Source: a virus (taxonomy: Duplodnaviria > Caudoviricetes). Taken from it: a stretch of 64,000 nucleotides of DNA. The notes under the pieces were generated by a model that worked only from the letters and a program-made list of their open reading frames with translations, searched no databases and was not told where the DNA came from. Positions 28,491-38,097 of this stretch are shown here, piece after piece. A program made the translations under genes and the position numbers. Within the stretch, counting starts at the first letter, position 1, and each line of letters starts with the position of its first letter. The stretch is taken from IMG/VR virus record IMGVR_UViG_3300037467_003067, positions 224,001 to 288,000 of that record; one strand, given 5' to 3'.

Positions 28491-29171
28491 GTGGTCGAAA
28501 AATTTGAGGAGTTTGTGATGAGTTACGATTATTCGGGTTACGGTTGGATCAAGGTTAAGAGATTCACCTTTGATGAAAACAAAGGTCTTAAAGACAACTA
28601 TGATGCTCTCGACAAACATCATATCGAAGAGACCACTTTCTTGATCAACGAAGTGCGAAAGTTAGCAGCAATCCTCAATGAGAAAGATCGCAGTTCCAAG
28701 CAATACTGTGTCGGAGTGGTCAATACTTCGGGAGCGAAAGTGTATTATGCGGGGCGTGATTATTTTGCTGACATTCCATTGTGGACGTCTAACATAAATT
28801 CGGCAATGAAGTACGCCCATAATATCGCTCTTGAAGAATGTGAACAATGGAATGCCAAGTTGAAGTCGAATTTCTTGTCGTATCACGTAGTCGAATTTGA
28901 ACCAAATGGCGTTGATCAATCCGCTGGCTACCACACCAAGCCTATCGCCAAGGGCGTCCTCGGAGAAGTCTCCAAGATCGAAGAGGAGTTGGAGGAATTC
29001 AAGGACGCCCTTGCCCAAGACTGCAAGGTCATGGCTCTGGTCGAATTGTCGGACATGGTCGGGGCGATCAAAGCCTACCTCGACAAGAACCATCCCGAAC
29101 TTTCTCTGGGTGACCTCGAACGGATGGCTCAGATCACTAAGCGTGCCTTTAATTCGGGAGCGAGGAAGTGA
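28491..29171 (+). CDS. multi-module protein with C-terminal MazG-like (all-alpha NTP pyrophosphatase) domain
   Basis: KIEEELEEFKDA..LVELSDMVGA (ExxE..ExxD). Confidence 0.6.
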   Translation: MVEKFEEFVMSYDYSGYGWIKVKRFTFDENKGLKDNYDALDKHHIEETTFLINEVRKLAAILNEKDRSSKQYCVGVVNTSGAKVYYAGRDYFADIPLWTSNINSAMKYAHNIALEECEQWNAKLKSNFLSYHVVEFEPNGVDQSAGYHTKPIAKGVLGEVSKIEEELEEFKDALAQDCKVMALVELSDMVGAIKAYLDKNHPELSLGDLERMAQITKRAFNSGARK

Positions 29172-29944
29172 TCATCTCCTATCGAAAATTGGTCAAGGCT
29201 TTGGAATTCTATCGATCCAGAGGCTTCGGGTATATCGATGTTCCCTGGATCGTGGGTGACGAGTCTTATGGTGTGACCAAGCCTGCCAACTCACGAGATT
29301 TCTCGACCTTTGCCGGGAATCTCGTAGCTTCCGGCGAGCAGTCGTTCCTGGATAAGATGCTGGCTGGAAAAATGCCTTACGGCAGGTCCGCCTGTATCAC
29401 GCCTTGCTTCCGCGACGAACTAGTTCAAGACCAATTCCATCTCCAATATTTCATGAAGGTGGAACTGATCTATTTCGGCAAAGAAGAGAGATTGGCTCGC
29501 GAATTGGATACAATGATCGAACACGCCAGGCAGTTCTTCTCGCAATACTTAGGATTAGAGAACATCCAGAGGGTTGAGACGCCCGAAGGCGTCGACCTCA
29601 TGTCCCAAGGTATTGAACTTGGGTCTTACGGGATTAGACGGTATAAGAACTATGCTTGGGTCTACGGCACGGGCTGTGCTGAGCAGAGGCTCTCCCAGGT
29701 GATCAGGGCATCCAAGATCAACAATCTTAGGTGGAATCTTGGCGTTTTGGACGGCAAACCGATCTGGCGGATGAATTTGGAGAATGAGATTGGTGCTTTT
29801 GTCGTACAAGAAGACCAAGGTTGGCGGTACGAGGCGTGGTGCCTGCAGACCAACAACATGATTTTCAGCAAGACAGGCAATAATCTTGAAGAGTGCAAGG
29901 AGATCGTGGAAGGTTGCATACGCGGTGAATTATGTGTAATTTGA
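29168..29944 (+). CDS. class II aminoacyl-tRNA synthetase-like catalytic core (no anticodon domain)
   Basis: LVASGEQ; motif 2 TPCFRDE..FMKVEL; IELGSYG; motif 3 YGTGCAEQR. Confidence 0.75.
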   Translation: MIISYRKLVKALEFYRSRGFGYIDVPWIVGDESYGVTKPANSRDFSTFAGNLVASGEQSFLDKMLAGKMPYGRSACITPCFRDELVQDQFHLQYFMKVELIYFGKEERLARELDTMIEHARQFFSQYLGLENIQRVETPEGVDLMSQGIELGSYGIRRYKNYAWVYGTGCAEQRLSQVIRASKINNLRWNLGVLDGKPIWRMNLENEIGAFVVQEDQGWRYEAWCLQTNNMIFSKTGNNLEECKEIVEGCIRGELCVI

Positions 29945-30012
29945 ATCAATATGACTAAATACAAAGCCATGAAAATGATTTAGAATTTAACATAAAATAA
30001 GGGAGGTAAGCT

Positions 30013-30402
30013 ATGGTGAAGGTTAATGAATTATTCTCACAGGTTGCCTCCAAAACGACGCATTTTGCTGGTAGTCATTTCGCCTTTCTTGGTGCCTCCA
30101 TATCGATTATAATCTGGCTCGGATTCGGACCAGCTTACCACTGGTCCGACAGCTACCAATTGGTAGCGAATTCTGGGACCACAATCATCACCTATCTCAT
30201 GGTCTTCCTGATTCAGAACACCCAGAATCGGGAGAATCGCATTCAGCAACTAAAACTTGACGCGATCCTGTGCGCCCTCAAGGACGCCGACCATCGCCTG
30301 GTCGGCAGTGAAGACCTTTCGGAGAGCGATCTCGCAGAGATCGACCAATTTTATCGCGATATCGCCGAGAGAATTCGCGATAAAATTGACCTTAACAAAT
30401 AA
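30013..30402 (+). CDS. low-affinity iron permease family protein
   Basis: WSDSYQLVANSGTTIITYLMVFLIQNTQNR..QLKLD. Confidence 0.9.
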   Translation: MVKVNELFSQVASKTTHFAGSHFAFLGASISIIIWLGFGPAYHWSDSYQLVANSGTTIITYLMVFLIQNTQNRENRIQQLKLDAILCALKDADHRLVGSEDLSESDLAEIDQFYRDIAERIRDKIDLNK

Positions 30403-30427
30403 TCAAATTGTAGTATAATGTTTTTTC

Positions 30428-30670
30428 ATGGAGGGAAATGACATGGTGACGATACTTGGAGCTTTTCTTCTTTATGTAATTTCATCCTATGTAATCGGTT
30501 ATTTTGTGGCTAAGCGGCTTTACCAGAAACATCTCTTGGTAGATGCTGATGATGTGACGGATTTCTTGACCTGGGCACCTCTCAGCGCATGGATTGGGCT
30601 TGCTGTCCTAATTTCTGATAAGTTTAAGGATTTTATAACTCCCAATGTCGATAATTGGAAGCGAGATTAA
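30428..30670 (+). CDS. small membrane protein
   Basis: Hydrophobic ORF overlapping the next start. Confidence 0.55.
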   Translation: MEGNDMVTILGAFLLYVISSYVIGYFVAKRLYQKHLLVDADDVTDFLTWAPLSAWIGLAVLISDKFKDFITPNVDNWKRD

Positions 30671-31170
30671 TGACATATTTTAATTATGTGCTTGCTGGAG
30701 TCTTCGGTAGGTACCGGCATAAGATGCTCTTCATCGAGAAGGACCGTCCCAAGAGCCAAGCCGGGCGGATCAACCTGCCCGGTGGCAAGATCGACCCCAC
30801 CGACGCCTCTCCCGAAGATGCGATTCGCCGCGAGCTCAAGGAAGAATGTGGCATCGACCAGTTGGATTCCCTGAACTATCTGGGACGGATTACGGGGCGT
30901 TGGACCGAAGATACGGCTTATAACATCCACTGCTTTAATGCTAGTATTGCATCCTACAGCAACGACTTCGAGATCAAGCCTCGGGAGGGCGAGACCGAAC
31001 GGGTTTTCTGGGAATGTACCCGACTCCCTCAGGTTGACCCCCGATGCCTCCCCAACCTCAGGCTGATCGTGCCGCTGATGAAGGCGGGTGCGTCGAATTG
31101 GGTCATCACGGACGAGAACGACGGGTTCAATGTCCGACCTTATTCTGTGGAATTTAGATTAGAAAGCTAA
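30670..31170 (+). CDS. NUDIX hydrolase
   Basis: PGGKID....PEDAIRRELKEECGI Nudix box. Confidence 0.9.
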   Translation: MTYFNYVLAGVFGRYRHKMLFIEKDRPKSQAGRINLPGGKIDPTDASPEDAIRRELKEECGIDQLDSLNYLGRITGRWTEDTAYNIHCFNASIASYSNDFEIKPREGETERVFWECTRLPQVDPRCLPNLRLIVPLMKAGASNWVITDENDGFNVRPYSVEFRLES

Positions 31171-31171
31171 A

Positions 31172-31450
31172 ATGAGTAAAGCTGAGTGTCGGTTAGATGA
31201 AGAGCTTTTTTATGATGTAGAAATTCCTCTTGTAGAAGCATTCAGAGAGATATTTTGTGGGAAATATGTAGATTGCGATAGCGAAGGATGGGATAACAAC
31301 GAATTTAACGCTGTTTTATCTCTTCCCTTGGAAGGTGTTCGCCCTGAAGAATATTTAGAAGCCATGGACCTCATCAGGGAAATGGGTCCTGTGTCTTTTA
31401 ATTGGGAAGTGGGTGATGACGACCAGGTTTTGGTGGCAATTGGATTCTAA
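31172..31450 (+). CDS. acidic hypothetical protein
   Basis: 92-aa ORF in tight operon. Confidence 0.6.
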   Translation: MSKAECRLDEELFYDVEIPLVEAFREIFCGKYVDCDSEGWDNNEFNAVLSLPLEGVRPEEYLEAMDLIREMGPVSFNWEVGDDDQVLVAIGF

Positions 31451-31452
31451 TT

Positions 31453-31998
31453 ATGTCTGAAATAAATACATTGGATGAGTATCAGCAGGAAGCATTGAAG
31501 ACCGCGATGTTCGGTCCCGTCGACCATCCTTCCGTCCCTTACCTCATGCTTTGCTTTGATTCGATGGGCAAGATCGCAGAGAAAGCCAAGAAGGCTTTTC
31601 GCGACAAGGGAGGTGTCTTCGATGATTTCGACAAGGAAACCATCAGAGATGATTTCGTGTCGATCGATTTTCAAGGTAGTATTGCTCGACATGAAATCAG
31701 CTATGGGAAGCCAGGCTCCTTTGAACCGAATTCGATCCTCTATCCCTTGTTCGGCTTGATCGGTGAGTCGGGAGAGGTTGCCGGAAAGCTCCTGAAACTG
31801 GTCACGGGTAAGGACCGAAAATTGACGGATGAGGACAGGCTTGAGGTAGCTAAAGAATGCTCGGATGTGTTATGGTATATTTCTGCCCTTGCCAATGAAC
31901 TTGGTTACAGCCTCAGTGATATTGCTGAGATCAATTTGACCAAACTTCGCTCACGACGTGAGCGGGGGACTATCCAAGGAAACGGGGATAATAGATGA
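31453..31998 (+). CDS. MazG-like nucleotide pyrophosphohydrolase
   Basis: YQQEA; GLIGESGEVA..KECSDVLWY..NLTKLRSRRERGTIQGNGDNR. Confidence 0.88.
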   Translation: MSEINTLDEYQQEALKTAMFGPVDHPSVPYLMLCFDSMGKIAEKAKKAFRDKGGVFDDFDKETIRDDFVSIDFQGSIARHEISYGKPGSFEPNSILYPLFGLIGESGEVAGKLLKLVTGKDRKLTDEDRLEVAKECSDVLWYISALANELGYSLSDIAEINLTKLRSRRERGTIQGNGDNR

Positions 31999-32213
31999 CG
32001 ACGATGATTGCGAGTGTGGCGATTTTTTACGTGGTGTTGGCTCTTGCCGGAACCTTGTTCGGAAATACGGCGGCGACCTACTCACGCTCATTGGTCAATC
32101 CGACCAAGTTGCAGCGGGTACATTTGTTTATGCTGGACGCCATCATGACGGCGTGGTTTTATTTGGTTTACGTTCCTGCCTCGTGGATCGTAGAATTCCA
32201 TGATCAACCCTGA
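31995..32213 (+). CDS. small membrane protein (paralog 1)
   Basis: D.I..AWFYLVYVPASWIV shared with neighbours. Confidence 0.6.
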   Translation: MTTMIASVAIFYVVLALAGTLFGNTAATYSRSLVNPTKLQRVHLFMLDAIMTAWFYLVYVPASWIVEFHDQP

Positions 32214-32228
32214 CCGGGAGCGAGTTCT

Positions 32229-32453
32229 ATGATCATATTTGCGATTCTGGCAGTCTTATATTTCCTGTTGGTGACTATAGGCACGTTCATTGTCTACGGG
32301 AGCCACGATTGGTTCAACTACGGCTTGGACCGAGATACATGGTGGAAGGTATCTATTCTGTATCCTATTGATGTCCTACGTCTTGTCTGGTTTTTCCTGG
32401 TTTTTGTTCCGGCATTATGGATCGTCCAAGAACGAAAGAGGCATGTTAAGTGA
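32229..32453 (+). CDS. small membrane protein (paralog 2)
   Basis: IDVLRLVWFFLVFVPALWIV. Confidence 0.6.
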   Translation: MIIFAILAVLYFLLVTIGTFIVYGSHDWFNYGLDRDTWWKVSILYPIDVLRLVWFFLVFVPALWIVQERKRHVK

Positions 32454-32737
32454 TTAATATGATTTTTTATCTGATTATTTTCTACTTGTTCTTCGCCGTC
32501 GTTGTGAGGGTCGTCGGGGACTGGTTGGACAATATCCAACAATGGCTCATGTACGACCAAGATTATCTGGGAGATTGGCTGACCCTTTTCTTGGTTTATC
32601 TTATCGAAGTGATCTTGAGCGCATGGGTCTATGCAGTTCTTCTGCCTGTTATTTGGGTTTTCGTAGGTGTCACAGAAACCGGACCTCGTATCTGGAGAAA
32701 TATAAGCGAAAGAATCAAGTCGTTATTTCGTAGCTGA
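32450..32737 (+). CDS. small membrane protein (paralog 3)
   Basis: IEVILSAWVYAVLLPVIWV. Confidence 0.6.
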   Translation: MINMIFYLIIFYLFFAVVVRVVGDWLDNIQQWLMYDQDYLGDWLTLFLVYLIEVILSAWVYAVLLPVIWVFVGVTETGPRIWRNISERIKSLFRS

Positions 32738-32756
32738 CATCCTATGACATATACCG

Positions 32757-32792
32757 ACAGGAATCCAAGAATATTCTTGGATTCCTGTTTTT
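32757..32792 (+). terminator. perfect 32-bp palindrome plus T tract
   Basis: acaggaatccaagaatattcttggattcctgt followed by tttt. Confidence 0.75.
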
Positions 32793-32875
32793 AAATAAAG
32801 CAGTTGATCTTGATGCGAATAACTAATTCCGTGTATTATAGAGCGATTAAGATAAAATAGGAAGTCGGTAAACTA

Positions 32876-34429
32876 ATGACGGAAGAGACCAAGCCAAAAA
32901 CTGTAGTGACTCCGGAGCAACTCGCCGCATTCGAAGCCCTCCAGGACATCGACGACCATATCGGCACCACCAGCGCCGAAACGACTCAGCCCACACCGCA
33001 ATTCGATTGGGGCGAAGACTATCAGCGTAGCCTCCTGGCGATGCTCATCGCTGATCGCACCTTCTTGCTCGAAAGCGTCGACCTTGTTCGTTATGACTAT
33101 TTCACGAACAAGGCACACAAGAAGATTGCCGAGATCCTGTTCGAGCATTTCAAGGAATATCGCAACATCCCGAGTCGATCCATTTTTATCAAGGAAATGC
33201 GTGACCGATTCAAGGATGACGACACCAAATTCTTCTACTTGTCGGAATTACAACTTCTCTACGACAGCTACGAGCCGGGGATCGACAGCCGGGAGTACCA
33301 CCGCAAGGAGATATTCAACTTCGCCAAGATGGTCGCCTTGAAGAAGGCGTTCCACAAGAGCATGGAGGAATTGAAGAAGAAGCCGGACGAGAACAACACC
33401 TGGACAAAGATCGACAAGTGGCTCGACGAGGCTCGGGTTGTCGATATCCGCTTTGATACGGGTCTCGACTACTTCGGATCGCTCCTCGACCGCTACGTTC
33501 GGATGCGGGCAGAGCGGGAAAATGCAGAGGTATTCACAACCGGGTTTAAGGACCTCGATGACGAATTGACCAGCGGCGGTGCAAGACGCGGCGAAATATA
33601 CTCCTTCATGGGTCCTCCCGGCGTTGGCAAGTCCCTCTGCTTGGTCAAGACCGCCGTTGAGAACGTCAAGCTCAACAAGAAAGTCCTCTACATCTCGCTC
33701 GAAATGAGCCAGGATGACATCGCGACCCGTTTCGACGCGCAGTTCGCCGACGTCAATATCAAGGCTCTGATCGATAATCAGGACACGATTTTCAGCACCC
33801 TGAATACGTACACGGAGGACATGGACGACAAGCGATTGCTCCTGGTCAAGCAGTTCCCCTCGGGGACCGCCGACGTCAACACGATCCGTGCCTACCTCCA
33901 GCAGCTTCAGATGGTCGGCTGGGAACCCGATTTGCTCATCGTGGACTATGTCGGGGAAATGAAGGACCTTCCCGGCGTCCCGCTCTACGAATCTAGGGAG
34001 AAATTGGTCAAGGATCTGCGTGGTCTCGCCGTCGAATACGACATTTGCCTGTTCACCGCGATGCAGCCGAACCGTGCCGCCAGGGAGGCGATGAAGGACG
34101 GCGGCGTGATCTCCGACGACAACCTCGGCGACTCCTACGGGCAGCTTCGTCCCCTCGATGGTCTGTACACGATCAATCAGACCGACGTTGAGAAGAAGGC
34201 GTGTGTGGCGAGGATCTACGTGGCGAAGCAGCGTGCTGGCAAGTCGAGGTTCACGTTCTTTGTCTCGGTGTCGCCGCTGACACTCAGGTTCGATTCGATC
34301 TCCGAGGCTCGGTATCGAGTCTACATGAGCAAGGAGACCGAGAAGGCGGCTGATGAGGTCAAGATGGATGATATCTTGGAAAGAAAAGTAACTCGATTTA
34401 AACCACCGGAAGAGGAAGAAAGGGGCTGA
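32876..34429 (+). CDS. replicative DNA helicase (DnaB/T4 gp41-like)
   Basis: TTGFKDLD, GPPGVGKS, ISLEM, IVDY, TAMQPNR, KQRAG. Confidence 0.93.
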   Translation: MTEETKPKTVVTPEQLAAFEALQDIDDHIGTTSAETTQPTPQFDWGEDYQRSLLAMLIADRTFLLESVDLVRYDYFTNKAHKKIAEILFEHFKEYRNIPSRSIFIKEMRDRFKDDDTKFFYLSELQLLYDSYEPGIDSREYHRKEIFNFAKMVALKKAFHKSMEELKKKPDENNTWTKIDKWLDEARVVDIRFDTGLDYFGSLLDRYVRMRAERENAEVFTTGFKDLDDELTSGGARRGEIYSFMGPPGVGKSLCLVKTAVENVKLNKKVLYISLEMSQDDIATRFDAQFADVNIKALIDNQDTIFSTLNTYTEDMDDKRLLLVKQFPSGTADVNTIRAYLQQLQMVGWEPDLLIVDYVGEMKDLPGVPLYESREKLVKDLRGLAVEYDICLFTAMQPNRAAREAMKDGGVISDDNLGDSYGQLRPLDGLYTINQTDVEKKACVARIYVAKQRAGKSRFTFFVSVSPLTLRFDSISEARYRVYMSKETEKAADEVKMDDILERKVTRFKPPEEEERG

Positions 34430-34538
34430 CCAGATGGACGCGAAAGGCAAAGAACTTAATGAATGGTTCAGGAAGACGCCTGATTATTGATCAAGGGGTT
34501 TGGCATGATAGAACGGGTCGTGTTGCTGAAAAGTTGCA

Positions 34539-35231
34539 TCAAATACTCATGGTATTTGATGCAACTTTAAAACACCATTGTTTAAATTCTTCATTTAGCA
34601 AATCTTGTTTCATTAAGTTTATATGTTTATGAACCCATTGAATGTTTGATTTATTATAACCGCCATCACTATCAATTCGGTCTACCGAGGCTGTTTGTAA
34701 TGTTCTATAGTGCCTTGCTTGTGTAAGTGGAAAATCAATGGGTTCTCCGCTCAGGGCGCACTTTCTTTCCTGTGTAATATACAGATCCCAAAGTTCTTCT
34801 AACGTGACGTCAAATTCAATCCCACGCTTTGATGCCTTTAACTGTAAACTTCGAAAATAACATCCCGGTATTTCCATAAATCCAGTTCTTTTAGGAGATG
34901 GAACATTACGGGCGCAGCCACAAGAAGATATCGCTTCAGATCTAAGGTGTATTCCATTGACTACTTTCATAGATCCACACTTACATTGACAAAGCCAATA
35001 AGTAGTTTTTTTAATTGTATATTCATATTTTATAACTTCCAAGTTGCCTACAATTCTTCCTGTCAAATCAACTCTGGAGGGGCTGGGTCTGCTAGGCATT
35101 TCAATGTTGTATTTGCGACAATATGTCCAAACATTAGATTGACTACACTCTAGCTCTGTGGCAATTTGTTTCTGTGTTTTTCCCATGTTTACTTGTTGTC
35201 GAAGATAGGATTCTTCAATTTTGGTCGCCAT
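34539..35231 (-). mobile_element. free-standing HNH-like homing endonuclease with N-terminal HTH
   Basis: KTQKQIATEL (HTH); WLCQCKCG..SCGC; CALSG..ASVDRIDS..GY..NIQWVHKHINLMK; AT-rich; antisense to flanking genes. Confidence 0.8.
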
Positions 35232-35315
35232 AGTATTTCCTTTATAATCGGTACATATCATATGAGTAATTGGCGTCATGTTATGATATCTAAATATTAG
35301 GACAAGGTATAAAAT

Positions 35316-35801
35316 ATGATAGAGAAGATTACATCTGGATTTCAGAGCGGAGCAGATATTGCGGGAATTCGCACGGCACTCAAATTCGGAATCGCGACAG
35401 GCGGCTGGATGCCTCGGGGTTTCAAGACTCTGGACGGTCCAAGACCCAAGTATCAGTATTTCGGAGCCATGGAACACCGCTATGCGACCTATCCGCCGCG
35501 AACCTTCGCCAACGTCAAGGACTCGGACGGCACCATGCGGTTCGCCGCGAATTGGGAATCACCGGGGGAGATATGTACCTTCAGGGCGATCCTCCAGTAT
35601 GTCAGACCCTATTTTGATGTTGACCTGATCAACCTTGACCCTAAGTCCATGGATAAAGCCGTGACTTGGATTGAGGAAAATAATATCAAGATTCTGAACA
35701 TCGCTGGAAATGCGGAGAAGACCCACAAGGGATGCGAGCAGAAGGTTAGTCTTTACTTGGAAAAGTTGTTCACGAGATTGGGACATGAGAAGATAATGTG
35801 A
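35316..35801 (+). CDS. SLOG superfamily ('putative molybdenum carrier') protein
   Basis: ITSGFQSGADIAG..TGGWMPRGF..YPPRT..NVKDSDGT..LNIAGN. Confidence 0.85.
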   Translation: MIEKITSGFQSGADIAGIRTALKFGIATGGWMPRGFKTLDGPRPKYQYFGAMEHRYATYPPRTFANVKDSDGTMRFAANWESPGEICTFRAILQYVRPYFDVDLINLDPKSMDKAVTWIEENNIKILNIAGNAEKTHKGCEQKVSLYLEKLFTRLGHEKIM

Positions 35802-35807
35802 AATAGG

Positions 35808-35836
35808 TTTACAGATGACCCTGATTTTGGTATAGT
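35808..35836 (+). promoter_or_regulatory. sigma70-type promoter TTTACA-17-TATAGT
   Basis: Hexamers with 17-bp spacer and TG extension. Confidence 0.6.
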
Positions 35837-35875
35837 GTTGTCACCTGTGGTAACCTAATTAATCTAAGGAATAAA

Positions 35876-36391
35876 ATGTCGGAACCTAATTACGATAAGA
35901 TTAAGATTGTGGTCGGTGGGGAGGAAGTGATTTTAGACCCTGAAAATCTCAAGTTCAACGAAGCCACCCTAAGCCGGTTCCTCGAAAACGAAGGAAGTTG
36001 GTACGACTACTTCGGCAGGCACCTCGCCAACGCCGAGATCGAACTGGCGTCCTACAAGGAACTGTCCGAGGTCACCTATCTCCGCGCCTTCGACGGCTAC
36101 AAGGCTGAAGGGTCGAGCGACAAGCGGGCTGAGGCACAGGCACGCATCGAGAACGCGGTGATCGACGCCCGGCAACGGGTCCTCGAAGCCGAGAAGAATG
36201 TGAAGTTGCTGAAGTCCCACCTGAGGTCTTTCGACCAGTCGCACAACAACTCGATTTCTCTGGGCTACACCCTTCGCAAGGAGATGGACAAGCTTCAGCC
36301 GAGGATCTACGGCGATACGACGGATACCAGTAGCAATGCTAGTTGTGATTACGAAGCCAAATTGGAACAGGTTATAAGGAATAGTAAATGA
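35876..36391 (+). CDS. UvsY-like recombination mediator (coiled-coil)
   Basis: Helical; size and pattern similar to UvsY; genome has UvsX, UvsW and gp32. Confidence 0.5.
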   Translation: MSEPNYDKIKIVVGGEEVILDPENLKFNEATLSRFLENEGSWYDYFGRHLANAEIELASYKELSEVTYLRAFDGYKAEGSSDKRAEAQARIENAVIDARQRVLEAEKNVKLLKSHLRSFDQSHNNSISLGYTLRKEMDKLQPRIYGDTTDTSSNASCDYEAKLEQVIRNSK

Positions 36392-36545
36392 TCTCACTCA
36401 GTAATAGAGCATTGTTTTTCATTGGCTGGAGTGCCATATTTATCGCAGTGGTCTTGGCTAGACGTGGTTTCTCGTTGAATGTGATCTTGGGTTTGTTTTT
36501 GTTTTATTTCCTGACCTTCTTGGTCAGGATACTCCGTTACGATAC

Positions 36546-37385
36546 ATGAAGAGGAGGTGTGAGATCGGCTACCTAAAAATCCCAAACCTTTATCATCGCG
36601 CAGACCTGCTTGAGTGCTATGCCCTTGAAAAATGTCATGGCACAAGCAGTCACATTCTTTATAAGAATGGCGAGTTGATTTTCTACGCGGGCGGTGCATC
36701 GCACGCGGTCTTCGTGGCTCTCTTCGATGTCGAGGCACTGAAGGCATATTTTACGTCCAAGTTCCGTCCCGACCAAACAATCTTCGTCTACGGCGAGGCG
36801 TTCGGTGGCAGCATGCAGGGCATGTCGGCAGTCTACGGCAAGGAACTCCGGTTCATTGCGTTCGATGTCAAGATCGACGATGTCTGGCTCGATGTCCCCT
36901 CGGCTGCAGGCTTCGTTGAAGGTCTGGGACTCCAGTTCGTCCCTTATGAGCGGGGACCGATGACCGTGGAGTGGCTCGACGAGCAGCGAGATCGTCCGTC
37001 ATTGGTCGCAGTGGTGGAGAACGCGACCCGAGAAGGGATCGTGATCCGCCCGATCTATGAGTCGACCACCAACGACGGCAAGCGGATCATCGCCAAGCAC
37101 AAGCACCCCAAGTTCCGCGAGACCAAGACCGTGCGGGAAGTCGACCCCGCTAAGGCAGTCGTCCTCTCGGAAGCCAAGGAGGTTGCAGATGAATGGGTCG
37201 TGCCGATGAGGCTTGATCACGTCCTCCAACGGACTTCATATGGTGGTCCCCAAGACACGCATGCCGTGATCGTCGCCATGGTTGAGGATGTCAAGGCTGA
37301 GTCGGCGAACGAGATTGTTTGGTCCAAGGAAGTTGAACGAGCGATCGGCAGGGCAACCGTCGATCTGCTTCATAAGATTCGATAG
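36546..37385 (+). CDS. RNA ligase, Rnl2 family
   Basis: EKCHGTS (motif I), YGEAFG, FIAFDV, EGIVIRP, IAKHK. Confidence 0.85.
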   Translation: MKRRCEIGYLKIPNLYHRADLLECYALEKCHGTSSHILYKNGELIFYAGGASHAVFVALFDVEALKAYFTSKFRPDQTIFVYGEAFGGSMQGMSAVYGKELRFIAFDVKIDDVWLDVPSAAGFVEGLGLQFVPYERGPMTVEWLDEQRDRPSLVAVVENATREGIVIRPIYESTTNDGKRIIAKHKHPKFRETKTVREVDPAKAVVLSEAKEVADEWVVPMRLDHVLQRTSYGGPQDTHAVIVAMVEDVKAESANEIVWSKEVERAIGRATVDLLHKIR

Positions 37386-37420
37386 GAAATGTTCGCAAAA
37401 AAACATAGATGTAAATTACA

Positions 37421-37447
37421 CCCCTAGACTTTTGGTCTAGGGGATTT
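37421..37447 (+). terminator. hairpin terminator
   Basis: cccctagac/gtctagggg stem. Confidence 0.6.
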
Positions 37448-37476
37448 AAATAAGTAAAGTATCTTAGAGAAGATTA

Positions 37477-38097
37477 ATGATCGATCCTCGGAATATGACG
37501 CGGTATAACCAGAAAGATTGGGAACTTGAAGAGACCCTTTTGTTCTGCTGCTGCGTAGCTGGCAAGAACGCGGTTGTAACTGCGGAACGCCTCGATGGTT
37601 TCCTCAAATATTCACATCAATTATGCTACGGCAAGAGTAGCCAGCCTCCCCACTACAAACCCTTCTCCGTCCTGAGGAAACTGTTCGACTGGAACTACAA
37701 TGTTCCGGAGATACTCAGGGATTGCGGTCTAGGTTGCTACAACCACCGCGCCCGAACCTTCAAGGCGATCATCGACAGCGACCTGGACCTCAGGAATTGC
37801 ACCGTCGATGAACTGGAGAAAATCCCCGGCATCGGCATGAAGACCAGCCGGTTCTTCATCCTGCACAGCCGTGAAGGTGCTGAAGTCGCCATCATCGATA
37901 CCCACGTCCTGAAGCACCTGCGTCACGTGGGATACCCGATCCCTGAGAAGGTGACGTTGACCTCGAAAAGATACCGTCAATATGAGCAATGGTTCTTGAC
38001 GACCTGGAGGTCAGAGTCGACCTGTACTCTTGCCGAGTACGACCTTGCTGTGTGGAATTACTATGCCGGTCATGGTGCATTGGAGGATATATCATAG
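37477..38097 (+). CDS. HhH-GPD DNA glycosylase (8-oxoguanine glycosylase-like)
   Basis: LEKIPGIGMKTSRFF HhH with catalytic Lys; AIIDTHVL; YDLAVW. Confidence 0.8.
   Translation: MIDPRNMTRYNQKDWELEETLLFCCCVAGKNAVVTAERLDGFLKYSHQLCYGKSSQPPHYKPFSVLRKLFDWNYNVPEILRDCGLGCYNHRARTFKAIIDSDLDLRNCTVDELEKIPGIGMKTSRFFILHSREGAEVAIIDTHVLKHLRHVGYPIPEKVTLTSKRYRQYEQWFLTTWRSESTCTLAEYDLAVWNYYAGHGALEDIS

Noticed and set aside
35232-35477. N-terminal extension of the 34539 endonuclease in the ORF track
   Set aside because: It overlaps the SLOG gene on the other strand; an RBS supports the ATG at 35231.
36394-36747. 117-aa minus-strand ORF
   Set aside because: It overlaps the RNA ligase antisense, lacks motifs and has no clear start signal.
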